Shown here: positions 1 to 9,404 of the stretch, in pieces | Layout: each line of letters opens with the position of its first letter | Position numbering within the stretch: the first letter of the stretch is position 1 | Assembly: GCA_001782165.1 (NCBI GenBank) | Contig: MFNV01000009.1 | Coordinates: forward strand, 56,123 to 120,122 | Source of the DNA: Candidatus Levybacteria bacterium RIFCSPHIGHO2_01_FULL_41_15 | Lineage (GTDB): Bacteria > Patescibacteriota > Microgenomatia > Levybacterales > UBA12049 | Reading direction: 5' to 3' | Length of the DNA: 64,000 nt | The notes under the pieces: model-generated | What the model saw: only the letters and a program-made list of their open reading frames with translations | Databases searched by the model: none | Told to the model about the DNA's origin: nothing | Program-made: the position numbers and the translations under genes

Positions 1-248
1 CCAAAGTCCAGTCCAGAAATTGCCCTGATCTTGCAGCAACTTTTCCGACAAAAGTTACCTCATCATCCTTAACCCATGATCCCCCTACAGCTGTCCCGGG
101 AACAGATGTCGGAGTCGGAGTTGGGGCAGCTTGAGCAAGGACAGAGTATGGAAGAGCTAATTTAAAGGCTATTAATAAAATTACTAGAAAAGAGAATAAT
201 TTTTTTTTGGGCAGGCCATGCCTGCCGGCGGGCAGGAATTTTTTCATA
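1..248 (-). CDS. Partial CDS (N-terminus; continues beyond window start): secreted protein with basic n-region, hydrophobic signal peptide (…LFSFLVILLIAFKLALPYSVLAQA) and PT-repeat linker
   Basis: Not in the ORF track because it is truncated. Own translation of the minus strand gives ATG at 246-248 directly after the stop (249-251) of the upstream gene, and an open frame to position 1. Confidence 0.4.
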
Positions 249-548
249 TTATTGAAAACCCGGAATATGCAAGACGTCAACCGCTATTACCCTAATAAAA
301 ACAAAACCCAAAACAGCAAGAAGAATTCCGGCTATAGAATAGTAAATATAACTCTTCCCTTTCTCAAGTTGTATGGGCTCTCCCTGAGAGGTAAGAACAA
401 GGTAACCCCCGTAAATTATAAAAAGAAGCGCTACTCCCCCTATAAGCCCGAGTCCGATTCCGTAAAATTTCTCTACAAAGGCAAACGGGTCTTTTGGAAT
501 GCAACCTAAATCAGTTTCAATTCCGTCGACTCCATTGAGACAGGCCAT
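249..548 (-). CDS. Small 2-TM membrane protein, TrbC/VirB2-like pilin family as found in CPR genomes
   Basis: 99 aa with two hydrophobic helices and a conserved '…YGGYLVLTSQGEP…' motif typical of VirB2/TrbC-like pilins. The antisense ORF 207..509 is K/N-rich junk. Confidence 0.45.
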   Translation of the reverse strand: MACLNGVDGIETDLGCIPKDPFAFVEKFYGIGLGLIGGVALLFIIYGGYLVLTSQGEPIQLEKGKSYIYYSIAGILLAVLGFVFIRVIAVDVLHIPGFQ

Positions 549-579
549 ATTCTAATTTTATGGTAGCACAAAAAAAGCG

Positions 580-1473
580 TCAAAACCAATTTCTTTTCTT
601 GCCTTCCTCTTCAAATTTTTTTAATAATTCTCTCTGGTAAGATGTTAATTTATTGGGGATCTGCACTCTTATTTTCAAGTAATGATCGCCTCTTCCTCCT
701 CCTCTGGGATGCGCAACTCCTCTGCCTTTTAGTCTCACCAAAGTCTCGGGCTGAGTTCCGGAAGGAACTTTTATTTTTACAGAGCCATCTATAGTTTCAA
801 CACTTACGGTATCTCCAAGCGCGGCTTTATAAAATGGGAGCTTAAGTTCACTTATTATATCCAAACCTTCTCTTTTAAATCGGGGGTCCTGTCTCACCTG
901 AAGTATTACATCATAATTTCCAAAACGTATTCTTGAACCATCATCAACTCCTCTGGGTATTTTTATATTTTGTGTTTTCCCGTCGATTGTTATTCTTTTT
1001 GTTGTACCGTGAACTGCCTCCATAAAATCAACCTCCAAAGAATAGACAGGTCTTCTCTGTCGCGCGGAAAATGGTGACCCGCCGCCAAAGAACTGTTCAA
1101 AAATTTCAAATGGGTCTGAAAATCCTCCAAAATCAAAATCAAATCCTTCTCCGCCAGTTGTATAGGCATAAGTAAATGGTCCATAACGTTCTGTTGTTTG
1201 CCCTTGAAATCCACCTCCAAATGGCCCAGCTCCTCCGGGAAAACCCTGTGTAAATGCGGCTGAACCAAATTGATCATAAGCTTCCCTTTTTTGAGGATCT
1301 GCTAATACCTCGTAAGCTTGATTTATCTCTTTAAATTTTTCTCCCGCTTCTTTACTTTTGTTTCTGTCAGGGTGGTACTGAAGAGCAAGCTTTCTATAAG
1401 CTTTCTTTACTTCGTCCGCAGTTGCGTTTTTTGAAACTCCTAAAATTTTATAAAAATCTTTTTCTTCTGCCAT
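580..1473 (-). CDS. dnaJ: DnaJ-family co-chaperone (J-domain, G/F-rich region, C-terminal domains; no CxxCxGxG zinc finger, so class B / CbpA-like)
   Basis: J-domain '[33 protein letters not shown]' with the HPD motif, followed by a G/F-rich linker. Position is downstream of dnaK. Confidence 0.9.
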   Translation of the reverse strand: MAEEKDFYKILGVSKNATADEVKKAYRKLALQYHPDRNKSKEAGEKFKEINQAYEVLADPQKREAYDQFGSAAFTQGFPGGAGPFGGGFQGQTTERYGPFTYAYTTGGEGFDFDFGGFSDPFEIFEQFFGGGSPFSARQRRPVYSLEVDFMEAVHGTTKRITIDGKTQNIKIPRGVDDGSRIRFGNYDVILQVRQDPRFKREGLDIISELKLPFYKAALGDTVSVETIDGSVKIKVPSGTQPETLVRLKGRGVAHPRGGGRGDHYLKIRVQIPNKLTSYQRELLKKFEEEGKKRNWF

Positions 1474-1513
1474 AAAATCTCCCTGCCTGCCAGCAGACAG
1501 GCAGGTCTATTAT

Positions 1514-1537
1514 AATATAAAAGCGCGGTAAACGCGC
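1514..1537 (-). terminator. Putative intrinsic terminator after dnaK (GCGCG-UUUAC-CGCGC hairpin followed by UUUUAUAUU on the minus strand)
   Basis: Plus 1523-1537 'gcgcggtaaacgcgc' preceded by a T/A-rich run. On the minus strand this reads as a hairpin plus U-run 30-50 nt after the dnaK stop. Confidence 0.45.
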
Positions 1538-1570
1538 TTACTCTAGTTGCTAATTACTAGTATCTAATTA

Positions 1571-3508
1571 CTAGTTGACTACTTCGCCTTCAACAGGTTC
1601 TTCTGGTTGGTCTTCCGATTTTGATTCTGATTTTTTCTCATCTGTTTTTTCTTCACCATCTCCTGTAGTCTGTTGACTGTTGTCGGTTGGCTGTTGACTG
1701 CCTTGTGGTGAACCTGTCGAACTATACATTGCTTGCCCGACTTTCTGGAGTGAATCCGATAAATCTTTGGTCTTTGTTTCCAAATCTTCTTTAGTCCCCG
1801 TATCAAGAACTGATTTAAGGTCAGAAATTTTATCCTCAACTTCTTTTTTAAGAGTCGGGTCAACCTTATCTCCGGCATCCTTAAGCGTCTTTTCTGCTGT
1901 AAAGATCAGTGAGTCAGCAGCGTTTCTTGTCTCAACTTGTTCTTTTTTCTCTTGATCTTCCTTTGCATGTTCTTCTGCTTGTTTTGTCATTGTCTCAACT
2001 TCTTCGCGTGTCAAGCCGGTTGAGCCTGTTATCTTAATACTTTGCTCTTTACCAGTTGCCTTGTCTTGTGCCTTAACATTTAATATTCCATTTGCATCGA
2101 TATCAAAAGTAACTTCAATTTGGGGAACACCACGAGGCGCAGGAGGAATACCGTCTAGAATAAATCTTCCAAGAGATTTGTTATCTTGTACCATTGGCCT
2201 TTCTCCTTGAAGAACATTTATTTCAACCTGTGTCTGATTATCCGCCGCTGTTGAAAAAACTTGTGATTTGGAACTTGGGATAGTTGTATTCCTAGCAATT
2301 AAAGGTGTTGATACCCCTCCTAAAGTTTCTATTCCCAGAGTCAAAGGCGTAACATCCAAAAGTAAGACATCTTTCACTTCTCCTCCTAACACTCCACCTT
2401 GAATAGCTGCTCCGACTGCAACAACTTCATCCGGGTTAACCGATTTATTTGGCTCATTGTTGAAGAATTTTGTAACGGTTTCGGTTACTTTTGGCATTCT
2501 TGTCATGCCACCAACCAAAACTACTTCGTCAACGTCTGATACTTTAATCCCCGCATCTTTTAGGGCAGCTTCGACTGGTTTGACAGTTTTTTGAATTAAA
2601 CCATCAACAATCTGCTCAAGTTTTGAGCGATTTAAAGTCATTGTAAGATGCAAAGGACTTTCTTTCCCTTGAGTTATAAATGGCTGGTTGATTTGAGTTT
2701 CTTGGGCGCTTGATAATTCAATCTTTGCTTTTTCCGCTGCTTCCCTAAGTCTCTGGAGTGCCTGATGATCGCGCCTTAGATCGACTCCGTTTTCTTTTTT
2801 AAATTCTTCGGCAATATAATTTACTATCACTTGGTCAAAGTCGTCTCCACCAAGATGTGTGTCTCCATTGGTTGATTTTACCTCGTATACTCCTTCTCCA
2901 AGCTCAAGAATTGAGATGTCAAAAGTTCCACCGCCCAAATCATAAACAGCAATTGTATGAGCATTTTTCTTATCAAGGCCATAGGAAAGAGCTGCTGCTG
3001 TTGGTTCGTTAATTATTCGAAGAACTTCAAGTCCTGCAATTTCCCCTGCCTGTTTTGTTGCTTGACGCTGGCTATCATCAAAATAGGCTGGAACTGTAAT
3101 AACCGCTTGTGTGACTTTACCGCCCAAATAGGCCTCGGCATCCGATTTAATTTTCTGAAGAATTTGGGCTGAGATTTCCTGGGGAGTAAATGTTCTTCCC
3201 TCAACTTCAACAACTGCCATCCCGTCGCGACCTGCCTTCACTGCATAGGGGAGCCATTTAATATCGTACTGAACCGACTCGTCTTTAAATTTTCTGCCCA
3301 TTAGTCTTTTTATCGAAAAGATTGTTCTTTTTGGCTTTAAAACAAGCTGGCGTTTGGCAACATCTCCCACAACATGAGAAATCGGATCAACCACTGATGG
3401 GATAACATTTCGTCCCTCTCTTGAATGAATAACCTTGGGGTTTCCCCCTTCCATTACTGCAACTGCCGAATTTGTTGTACCTAAATCTATTCCTATTATT
3501 TTTCCCAT
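1571..3508 (-). CDS. dnaK: Molecular chaperone DnaK (Hsp70)
   Basis: N-terminus '[18 protein letters not shown]', with 'DLGGGTFD' and other Hsp70 signatures. 645 aa. Confidence 0.97.
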   Translation of the reverse strand: MGKIIGIDLGTTNSAVAVMEGGNPKVIHSREGRNVIPSVVDPISHVVGDVAKRQLVLKPKRTIFSIKRLMGRKFKDESVQYDIKWLPYAVKAGRDGMAVVEVEGRTFTPQEISAQILQKIKSDAEAYLGGKVTQAVITVPAYFDDSQRQATKQAGEIAGLEVLRIINEPTAAALSYGLDKKNAHTIAVYDLGGGTFDISILELGEGVYEVKSTNGDTHLGGDDFDQVIVNYIAEEFKKENGVDLRRDHQALQRLREAAEKAKIELSSAQETQINQPFITQGKESPLHLTMTLNRSKLEQIVDGLIQKTVKPVEAALKDAGIKVSDVDEVVLVGGMTRMPKVTETVTKFFNNEPNKSVNPDEVVAVGAAIQGGVLGGEVKDVLLLDVTPLTLGIETLGGVSTPLIARNTTIPSSKSQVFSTAADNQTQVEINVLQGERPMVQDNKSLGRFILDGIPPAPRGVPQIEVTFDIDANGILNVKAQDKATGKEQSIKITGSTGLTREEVETMTKQAEEHAKEDQEKKEQVETRNAADSLIFTAEKTLKDAGDKVDPTLKKEVEDKISDLKSVLDTGTKEDLETKTKDLSDSLQKVGQAMYSSTGSPQGSQQPTDNSQQTTGDGEEKTDEKKSESKSEDQPEEPVEGEVVN

Positions 3509-3550
3509 AAGATTCTAGTTCTTAGTAAACTAGCGACTAGTAACTAGTGG

Positions 3551-4006
3551 CTAATTGCTAGTTGCTAACTTGCCTTGTCCTACAACCACCTGTGCGGGCC
3601 TTAAAAGTTTGTCGTCTAACATATATCCCGGACTTAATTCCTCAAGGACCCTATTTTCTTCTCCCTCACCGGTTTGTACTGCCTCCATAATTGTTGGGTC
3701 AAAGTCTTTATCTTTAGTTTCGATTCTTTTGACTCCCTCCCCATCAAGAACATCAAAAATTTTCATAATACTAAGTTTTAACCCATCATCTTGCGTATGT
3801 TTTAGGGCAAGCTCTAAAGTGTCAAGCGCCGGCAAGATTCTTAGAATCAATCCTCTATTTGCCGATTTTATTAATTCTTCTTTTTCAAGCGCTACTCTTT
3901 TTTCTAAATTTTGGTAATCTGCTAACGTTCTCTTTAACTGTCCTTCAAGCTCTTTCTCTTGTGTTTCTAATTCTTTTGTCTTTTCTTGTTTTGTTTTCTT
4001 CGCCAT
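3551..4006 (-). CDS. grpE: Nucleotide exchange factor GrpE
   Basis: 151-aa coiled-coil N-terminus plus GrpE C-terminal domain. Sits between hrcA and dnaK. Confidence 0.88.
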   Translation of the reverse strand: MAKKTKQEKTKELETQEKELEGQLKRTLADYQNLEKRVALEKEELIKSANRGLILRILPALDTLELALKHTQDDGLKLSIMKIFDVLDGEGVKRIETKDKDFDPTIMEAVQTGEGEENRVLEELSPGYMLDDKLLRPAQVVVGQGKLATSN

Positions 4007-4056
4007 TTTTCATTCTCAATTGTCAATTGTAAATAGTCAATTGTCAATTTGTTAAC

Positions 4057-4794
4057 TTACCATCCTTCAGCCAATTCTTTTATTAAATTACTGAAGTATC
4101 TCACCATAGGCACCACACTGGTATAATTTAATCTTGTGGGTCCTATAACTGCAACCTCCCCTGTTGTATGTTTCGAAGTTTTATAATGACTAAATACAAA
4201 ACCATATGGCCCCGCGAGTCTTGGTCCCAATTCTTCTCCGAACAAAATATGGATATCTTCTTTACTATCGTTCTCGGGAGTCTGGAAAATATTACTAAAG
4301 TATTCCATCTCATCAATGACACTCAAAAGATTCTTTGTTATGTCAATATCAAAAAATTCCGGCATATCTAGGACATTTGAATAACCAGAGCAGAAAAAAT
4401 CTCCATCATCTGTCGTAACAATTGATAAAGCTTTGGTTTTGTCTGCAAGAGATTTTGCAACTTCCTTAAGAAGTTTTTGCTGTTGTTTTCTAAGATCCCA
4501 CACCTTTTCTTTAAGCTCCACCTCTTCAGCAATCGATATTTCTTTTTCCTTCATGAGCTGATTTACATAGAACTTCATACCAGCAGATGTTGGGGTTCTT
4601 CCAGATGAAGAATGGGGTTTCTGAAGATATCCCATTTCTGTAAGTTTAACCATTTCATTTCGGATTGTAGCCGGAGATGCGCTTATATTTCTTTTCTTCT
4701 CCAAAGTTTCAGAACCGACAGGAACTGCTGTTTCGATATACTCCTCGATTAAGTTTTTTAAAATTTCTATCTGTCTTTGAGTCAAGTTGTGCAT
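4057..4794 (-). CDS. hrcA: Heat-inducible transcription repressor HrcA (short form)
   Basis: 'MHNLTQRQIEILKNLIEEYIETAVPVGSETL' is the HrcA winged-helix N-terminus. It is the first gene of the hrcA-grpE-dnaK-dnaJ operon, with a CIRCE element upstream. Confidence 0.85.
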   Translation of the reverse strand: MHNLTQRQIEILKNLIEEYIETAVPVGSETLEKKRNISASPATIRNEMVKLTEMGYLQKPHSSSGRTPTSAGMKFYVNQLMKEKEISIAEEVELKEKVWDLRKQQQKLLKEVAKSLADKTKALSIVTTDDGDFFCSGYSNVLDMPEFFDIDITKNLLSVIDEMEYFSNIFQTPENDSKEDIHILFGEELGPRLAGPYGFVFSHYKTSKHTTGEVAVIGPTRLNYTSVVPMVRYFSNLIKELAEGW

Positions 4795-4842
4795 AATAAA
4801 AACCTAAAGCTTAAATCTTAAATGTCAAAACTCGAGATAAAA

Positions 4843-4869
4843 TTAGCACTAATATAACATGACTGCTAA
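4843..4869 (-). promoter_or_regulatory. CIRCE operator (HrcA binding site) overlapping the -10 of a TTGACA-N17-TATATT promoter for hrcA
   Basis: Plus strand TTAGCACTA-ATATAACAT-GACTGCTAA, against consensus TTAGCACTC-N9-GAGTGCTAA (one mismatch per half-site in gene orientation). The -35 TTGACA is the reverse complement of plus 4875-4880. Confidence 0.7.
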
Positions 4870-5109
4870 GCTCTGTCAAGTAGTATTTTCTGTATCTCTT
4901 TTCTTTTTTTTATTGCCACTCCGCACGCTGAATGCATGATAAGTTAAGCGAACGACTCAGGGGGATTCCTCACAAACCTGTTGAGGAGGGGGTGAAATCA
5001 CCCGAGGAGTGAGCTTAACTTTGAAAGCATGAGGCAAGGCGTGGCAAGAGTTCCTTGTTCTCTTGTCGACACAAGAGAACAAGGAAAAATTTATGCTAAA
5101 CTATTTCTT

Positions 5110-5445
5110 ATGAGAAAAATCAGAAAATTCCTGCCACTACTTTTTCTCGGCCTTTCCCTTCTTGGAATTCTAGTTTTTCTAATTATAAACTTCCCTCCAA
5201 ATTTCTATATGAATTTTGGAATATTAAAGATTAATAGTTTTTACATCTTTTTAATTTCTCTCTTTGTCTCAGGCTTTGGGATTTTTTCTTTTATCTTAAG
5301 GAATTTCCGGCGAGGATTCTTTATAGGCTTATTCTCAGTTGTCTTTTTCTATCTCCGCTACCTTAATCTCACTCATATTTTTTTCCTTATTATGCTTCTT
5401 ATAATCTTTGTTTGTCTTGAACTGTTCTTTATTCATAAAAAATAA
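5110..5445 (+). CDS. Small polytopic membrane protein (about 111 aa, roughly 4 TM), function unknown
   Basis: The track ORF 5029..5445 starts inside a GC-rich hairpin; the internal ATG at 5110 (MRKIRKFLPLLFLG…) is a more plausible start. Hydrophobic throughout. Confidence 0.35.
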   Translation: MRKIRKFLPLLFLGLSLLGILVFLIINFPPNFYMNFGILKINSFYIFLISLFVSGFGIFSFILRNFRRGFFIGLFSVVFFYLRYLNLTHIFFLIMLLIIFVCLELFFIHKK

Positions 5446-5609
5446 TCGTCTTGTCTATAATTTTACTTCCTTAAATAAAAATGTCTGTCTTTTTCATGCT
5501 TTTAGGAAAAAGACGCAGAAAACTCCGCGATGAGAAATAAAAACAGCTTTGAATAGCTTGGTTGAAATAAATCCTTGTTCGCTTTTTCCTTGTCTGATAA
5601 AATTGCTTC

Positions 5610-7064
5610 ATGGACAAACCAAATAAATTTTATATTACGAACGCGATTCCTTATGTCAATGCAAAGCCCCACATCGGACATGCCATGGAGTTTGTGCAGT
5701 CGGATACCATTGCAAGATTTCATAGGCAGATGGGAGAAGACGTTCTTCTTCTTTGCGGTTCTGATGAAAATGCTTTAAAAAATGTTCAGGCCGCAGAAGA
5801 AGAAAAGATTTCTGTGCAGGAACTGGTTGATAAAAATAGCAAGCTTTTTGAAGACCTTGCAAGAAAATTGAATGTTCAATTTGATATTTTTCAAAGAGGA
5901 AGTGACCCAAATCATCATAAATCCTCACAAAAATTGTGGGAACTTTGTTTTAAAAGCGGGGATATCTATAAAAAACAATACACTGGACTCTATTGCGTTG
6001 GTTGTGAACTATTTTATGAAAAGAATGAGCTGAATGAAAAAAGCGAATGTTTCGAACACCCTGGAAAAAAACTTGAGAAGGTTTCAGAGGAAAATTACTT
6101 TTTCAAACTTTCTAAATACCAAGCTGAAATAGGAAAGATTATTAAATCTGATCAAATACAAATTACCCCTGAAAACCGAAAAAAAGAGGTTCTTAATTTT
6201 ATAAAACAGGGCCTTAAGGACATAAGCATATCAAGATCCAACAAGAGAGCCAAAAACTGGGGAGTTTCTGTTCCAAATGATCCGACTCAAAAAATGTATG
6301 TTTGGTTTGATGCTTTAAACATTTATCAAAGCGGAACGGGATTTGCACTAGATGATAAAAAATATAAAAAATGGTGGCCTTGCGACCTTCATGTTATAGG
6401 AAAAGGAATCTTAAGATTTCATGCCATTTACTGGCCTGCTTTTCTTCTATCTGCCGGTCTTGCCCTTCCTAAGAAAATTTTTGTACATGAGTACATAACT
6501 GTAAATGGACAAAAGATGTCAAAAACCTTAGGAAATGTGATCGATCCTCTAAGTTTGATCGAAAAGTATGGCACCGATCCCCTACGTTATTATTTCTTGC
6601 GTCACATATCGCCTTTTGTAGACGGTGATTTTTCGGAAGACAAATTTAAAAAAGTTTATAATTCCGATTTGGCAAACGGGCTTGGAAATCTTATCTCAAG
6701 AGTTTCAAAACTTTGCGAAAATTCTAATTATATTCAGATGGGGTCTGCCTTACGAATTTCGGAGCACTTAATACAAATTGAGGAATACTCAAAGGCAATG
6801 CTCGAGTTTCGTTTTAATGACGCTTTATCTTTTGTTTTTAGAAAAATCGCAGATTTAGATAAATTTATTAACAATGAAAGGCCGTGGGATTTGCTTAAAA
6901 ATGAGGACAGTAGATTAAAATCAATACTTGCTCATTCAGTCGATCAGATTCAGGAAATCGCAGCTCTTTTAGAACCGTTTCTTTCTGAAACCGCCAAAAA
7001 AATCGAAAACCAATTCCAAGGACCAGAAATAGTTTCTCAAAAGCCACTATTTCCGAGAATCTAA
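5610..7064 (+). CDS. metG: Methionyl-tRNA synthetase (class I aaRS, short form)
   Basis: 'PHIGHAME' (HIGH motif), 'KMSKTLGN' (KMSKS motif) and the MetRS anticodon-binding region. Confidence 0.92.
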   Translation: MDKPNKFYITNAIPYVNAKPHIGHAMEFVQSDTIARFHRQMGEDVLLLCGSDENALKNVQAAEEEKISVQELVDKNSKLFEDLARKLNVQFDIFQRGSDPNHHKSSQKLWELCFKSGDIYKKQYTGLYCVGCELFYEKNELNEKSECFEHPGKKLEKVSEENYFFKLSKYQAEIGKIIKSDQIQITPENRKKEVLNFIKQGLKDISISRSNKRAKNWGVSVPNDPTQKMYVWFDALNIYQSGTGFALDDKKYKKWWPCDLHVIGKGILRFHAIYWPAFLLSAGLALPKKIFVHEYITVNGQKMSKTLGNVIDPLSLIEKYGTDPLRYYFLRHISPFVDGDFSEDKFKKVYNSDLANGLGNLISRVSKLCENSNYIQMGSALRISEHLIQIEEYSKAMLEFRFNDALSFVFRKIADLDKFINNERPWDLLKNEDSRLKSILAHSVDQIQEIAALLEPFLSETAKKIENQFQGPEIVSQKPLFPRI

Positions 7065-7100
7065 AGTTTGAATTCTGAATTTTAAATTCTAAATTTTTCT

Positions 7101-7901
7101 ATGGTTGACGTTCATTGTCATTTAAATTTCCATTCTTTTGAAAAAGACTACGATGAAGTTATAAAAAGGGCTTTTAATAAGGGGATTAAAAAAATTATAA
7201 ATGTCGGGACAAAGATCGATTCAAGTCAAAAAGCAGTCGAGCTTGCAGAAAAATATAAAAATTTATACGCGATTATAGGAGTTCATCCTCATCATGCGGA
7301 TAAACTTGAGAAAGATTGGATCGCAAAATTAGAAAAACTTTGTAAAAATTCCAAGGTTGTTGGAATCGGAGAATGCGGAATGGATTTTTATAGATATAAG
7401 TCAAACGGCATTATTGATGTCAAACTTCAAAAAGATGTTTTTGTAAAACAAATTGAGCTTTCCTTAAAACTTAAACTTCCCCTTCAAATCCACAACAGAC
7501 ATGCAGGAAAAGAAATTCTTGATATTTTAAGCCACTATAAAAGTGACTTATTAAACCCGCCGGGAATGTTTCACTGCATGTCGGGAAACCTGGACTTTTT
7601 AAAAAGAGTTCTTGGTCTTGGATTCTACATTGGTTTTGACGGAAATATTACTTATAAAGGTATTGCGCCCGGCGAAGATACGCTACTTTCCGATCTAATT
7701 AAGGCTACCCCCTTCACTAGAATCGTGACTGAAACAGATAGTCCGTTCCTTGCGCCTGTGCCTTTCAGAGGTAGAAGAAATACACCCTCCTATGTTATAA
7801 TCGTTGGGCAATTCATAGCTAAAATTAAAGGGATTTCTTTTGAAAAACTAGAAGAGCAAACGTCCCTCAATGCTGACCGGATTTTTAATTTTAAATCTTA
7901 A
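7101..7901 (+). CDS. tatD: TatD-family metal-dependent DNase/hydrolase
   Basis: 'MVDVHCHLNF' with other His and Asp residues at the positions expected for TatD metal ligands (e.g. GVHPHHAD, HCMSG; an inference, not a database match). 266 aa. Confidence 0.88.
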   Translation: MVDVHCHLNFHSFEKDYDEVIKRAFNKGIKKIINVGTKIDSSQKAVELAEKYKNLYAIIGVHPHHADKLEKDWIAKLEKLCKNSKVVGIGECGMDFYRYKSNGIIDVKLQKDVFVKQIELSLKLKLPLQIHNRHAGKEILDILSHYKSDLLNPPGMFHCMSGNLDFLKRVLGLGFYIGFDGNITYKGIAPGEDTLLSDLIKATPFTRIVTETDSPFLAPVPFRGRRNTPSYVIIVGQFIAKIKGISFEKLEEQTSLNADRIFNFKS

Positions 7902-7910
7902 AACTTATTT

Positions 7911-9404
7911 ATGACAAACTTTTTCAATAAAATTTTTATAAGATATCCTATAAAGACAAGGAGATTGCTTGAGCTTATTCCTGGACTTTTCTCCTGGACA
8001 TTAGTAACATTTCCAGTTTGGGGTTCATTAACTGTTCCCTACGCTGTTGCTTATTTTATTCTTTTTTTTGACATATATTGGCTTTATAAATCTTTCTCTG
8101 TCGCAGTCACATCTTTTATTTCCTCAAATAAAATAAAAGAGTCCGAGCGAGAAAACTGGCTTGAGAAAGCATCTAGTCTTTCGGATTTCAATAAATTAAA
8201 CCACATAGTTATTATTCCAAATTACAGGGAGGGGGTAGAGAAATTAAGGACAACGATTCAAAGTATTGCCATGCAAACGTTTCCAACAAAAAAAATATAT
8301 ATAGTCCTGGCAATGGAAAAAAGAGAGAAGGATGTAGGGAAAAAAGCAGAGGATTTAATAAACGAATTCAGTGGTACATTTGGAGAAATATTTGCAACTT
8401 ATCATCCGGATATAAAAGGGGAAGTAAAAGGGAAATCATCCAACCAGGCTTATGCAGGCAAGATTATCTATAAACTACTTATCGGCTCAGGTAGACTTGA
8501 TATTGATTTTACCACGATATCGTCTGTGGATTCAGATTCAATCTTTGATAAACAATATTTTTCATATCTTACCTACAGCTTTATAGAAGATGAGAAAAGG
8601 TACAACACTTTCTGGCAGTCTGCAAATGTTAATTATAATAATTTTTGGAAGATACCTGCGCCCACCCGCGTCATCGCTTTTTTTGGAAGTATTTGGAGAA
8701 TGGCAGTTCTTATTCAAAAGGATAAACTTGTTTCAAATTCTACTTACTCACTATCGCTTAAGCTTCTTAAGAGAATCGGCTTCTGGGATACAGATGTAAT
8801 TCCTGAAGACTATAGAATTTTTTTCAAAGCATTTTACAGACTAAAAGGTGATGCATGGGTAAAACCCATATTCCTTAAAACCTCGATGGATGCTCCGCTT
8901 TCCAAAACATTTTGGAAAAGTATCAAAAGCAAATACGACCAGGAAAGAAGATGGTCGTGGGGAGTTTCCGATGACCCACTTTTTATCAAATGGTGGCTTA
9001 CGGTTCCCGATGTTCCATTTGTTAGAAAAACAATTATGCTCTACAATGTTCTCATAGATCATTTTCTCTGGCCTGTAAACTGGTTTATAATTACAATTGC
9101 AGCAAATATAATTACATTTTTAAATCCTGTATTCTCAAGGACTACTCTTGGGTATCGTCTCCCAACCATCGCAGGAGCAATTTTGACGACATGTTTGTTT
9201 GCTCTTTTAGTTTTGGTAATTATTGATTTCAGAACAAGACCAAAAAGCCACTCTTTAGGAAGGGTCCGAGAATTTCTTTTTCCTCTTGAATTTATACTTC
9301 TTCCTATAGTTGGATTCTTTTTAAATGCTCTTCCTGCTCTTATATCCCATACACAGCTTATGCTTGGAAAAAAAATTGAATATAAAGTAACAGAGAAGAT
9401 ATGA
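7911..9404 (+). CDS. Processive family-2 glycosyltransferase (membrane-integrated, cellulose-synthase-like)
   Basis: GT2 core 'VIIPNYREG…', a DxD-like 'VDSDS' and the QxxRW motif 'DQERRWSWG'. Multiple N- and C-terminal TM helices. Confidence 0.72.
   Translation: MTNFFNKIFIRYPIKTRRLLELIPGLFSWTLVTFPVWGSLTVPYAVAYFILFFDIYWLYKSFSVAVTSFISSNKIKESERENWLEKASSLSDFNKLNHIVIIPNYREGVEKLRTTIQSIAMQTFPTKKIYIVLAMEKREKDVGKKAEDLINEFSGTFGEIFATYHPDIKGEVKGKSSNQAYAGKIIYKLLIGSGRLDIDFTTISSVDSDSIFDKQYFSYLTYSFIEDEKRYNTFWQSANVNYNNFWKIPAPTRVIAFFGSIWRMAVLIQKDKLVSNSTYSLSLKLLKRIGFWDTDVIPEDYRIFFKAFYRLKGDAWVKPIFLKTSMDAPLSKTFWKSIKSKYDQERRWSWGVSDDPLFIKWWLTVPDVPFVRKTIMLYNVLIDHFLWPVNWFIITIAANIITFLNPVFSRTTLGYRLPTIAGAILTTCLFALLVLVIIDFRTRPKSHSLGRVREFLFPLEFILLPIVGFFLNALPALISHTQLMLGKKIEYKVTEKI

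Noticed and set aside
209-240. GC hairpin plus T-run as an intrinsic terminator
   Set aside because: The U-run is only on the plus strand, where no upstream gene exists. On the minus strand an A-run follows it. Reinterpreted as an in-CDS structure.
207-509. ORF 207..509 (+), 100 aa, K/N-rich
   Set aside because: It is the antisense frame of the hydrophobic pilin-like gene and has low-complexity composition. It starts inside the GC palindrome using TTG.
990-3213. Several ORFs antisense or overlapping dnaJ/dnaK (990..1277, 1579..1878, 1767..1955, 2957..3172, 3013..3213)
   Set aside because: They are fully embedded in the strongly supported chaperone genes and have no domain signal.
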